Shown piece by piece: positions 7,121-7,714 of a stretch of 7,714 nucleotides of DNA; within the stretch, counting starts at the first letter, position 1, and every line of letters starts with the position of its first letter. Source of the DNA: a virus (taxonomy: Duplodnaviria; Heunggongvirae; Uroviricota; Caudoviricetes); IMG/VR virus record IMGVR_UViG_2547132077_000009; one strand, written 5' to 3'. Both the position numbers and the translations under genes were made by a program. Under the pieces are notes generated by a model. It did no database searches, was not told the DNA's origin, and saw nothing but the letters and a program-made list of their open reading frames with translations.

Positions 7121-7714
7121 CTATTTGTCCCGGTTGGCTAAGGGATGACACAATTTATTCTTTGTCGCTGATGAGGGAAATTTTTTATAGAGCGTGGACA
7201 GACCAATATCAAAAATCAGTGCCACGCGTTGACGTGACTCCCCTGCAGCCAGCAAACGCCCGGCCTGCTCCCACTCACTCGTGGTGAGTTTAGGACGTCT
7301 GCCACCAATACGACCTTTGGCTCTGGCCGCTTCCAGCCCGGCCCGAGTCCGCTCGACAATAAGTTCTCGTTCCATTTCAGCCAGGGCACCCATCACATGA
7401 AAGAAAAAACGCCCCATCGGCGTGCTGGTATCAATAGCATCTGTCAGGCTGCGAAAATTAACGCCGCGTTCGCGCAGTTCCTCAACCAGAATGACCAGAT
7501 GCCGCATACTACGCCCCAGCCTGTCCAGCTTCCAGACCACCAGAGTGTCACCTGCTGATAATGTTCTGAGCAGTTTTTTCAGTCCCGGTCGGTCGGACTT
7601 CGTGCCGCTGATTTTATCCTCAAAAATCAGCTCACATCCTGCACACTCCAGCGCATTACGCTGCAATTCCGTATTCTGGTCATTTGTTGACACGCGGACA
7701 TAGCCAATAAGCAT
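7121..7714 (-). CDS. Site-specific DNA invertase, serine recombinase of the Hin/Gin/Cin/Pin family (197 aa)
   Basis: N-terminus MLIGYVRVSTNDQNTELQRNALECAGCELIFEDKISG... is the canonical invertase catalytic domain (nucleophile Ser9 in the YVRVSTNDQ motif; GDTLVVWKLDRLGRS motif). The C-terminal helix-turn-helix ends ...STLYKKFPSS, like Hin (...STLYRYFPASS). The start codon lies at the window edge (7714-7712), so its promoter and crossover sites are outside the window. Confidence 0.9.
   Translation of the reverse strand: MLIGYVRVSTNDQNTELQRNALECAGCELIFEDKISGTKSDRPGLKKLLRTLSAGDTLVVWKLDRLGRSMRHLVILVEELRERGVNFRSLTDAIDTSTPMGRFFFHVMGALAEMERELIVERTRAGLEAARAKGRIGGRRPKLTTSEWEQAGRLLAAGESRQRVALIFDIGLSTLYKKFPSSATKNKLCHPLANRDK

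Noticed and set aside
7685-7700. TGT-N10-ACA dyad near the invertase start as a possible Ogr box
   Set aside because: The spacing is 10 rather than 12, it lies about 640 bp upstream of FI inside the invertase N-terminal codons, and it is more simply explained as coding sequence.
7102-7703. Plus-strand ORFs 7102-7287 and 7422-7703 opposite the invertase
   Set aside because: They are antisense to an invertase gene with unmistakable catalytic motifs, and their translations are low-complexity.
1-7714. CRISPR arrays, tRNA or rRNA genes, insertion sequences with terminal inverted repeats
   Set aside because: No regularly spaced direct repeats, no cloverleaf-like tRNA candidates, no transposase ORF and no rRNA-like segments were seen. 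The only recombinase is the tail-fibre-type invertase.

Overview
This window is the right-hand end of a P2-like myovirus prophage, with all phage genes on the minus strand (transcribed from high to low coordinates). In order: a Hin/Gin/Pin-family serine DNA invertase (7121-7714), then the complete P2-type tail operon FI (sheath), FII (tube), E and its -1 frameshift product E+E', T (tape measure), U and D, followed by the Cys4 zinc-finger late activator ogr (459-677). Protein lengths (396/172/91/815/159/387/72 aa) match the P2 orthologues as I recall them. A perfect 10-bp hairpin terminator (425-448) separates ogr from a convergent plus-strand ORF (1-408) that is markedly AT-rich (roughly one-third GC over the first 60 nt counted, against a visibly GC-richer phage module) and encodes a small signal-peptide protein of unknown function. 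I see no rRNA, tRNA, CRISPR array or IS element. I do not see a multi-gene novel system inside the window: the tail module is canonical. The less ordinary points are the AT-rich ORF at the boundary, the invertase sitting where P2 carries Z/fun, the absence of a canonical Ogr box upstream of FI, and a lysine-rich segment in gpD. All homology statements rest on recalled family features and were not database-checked.
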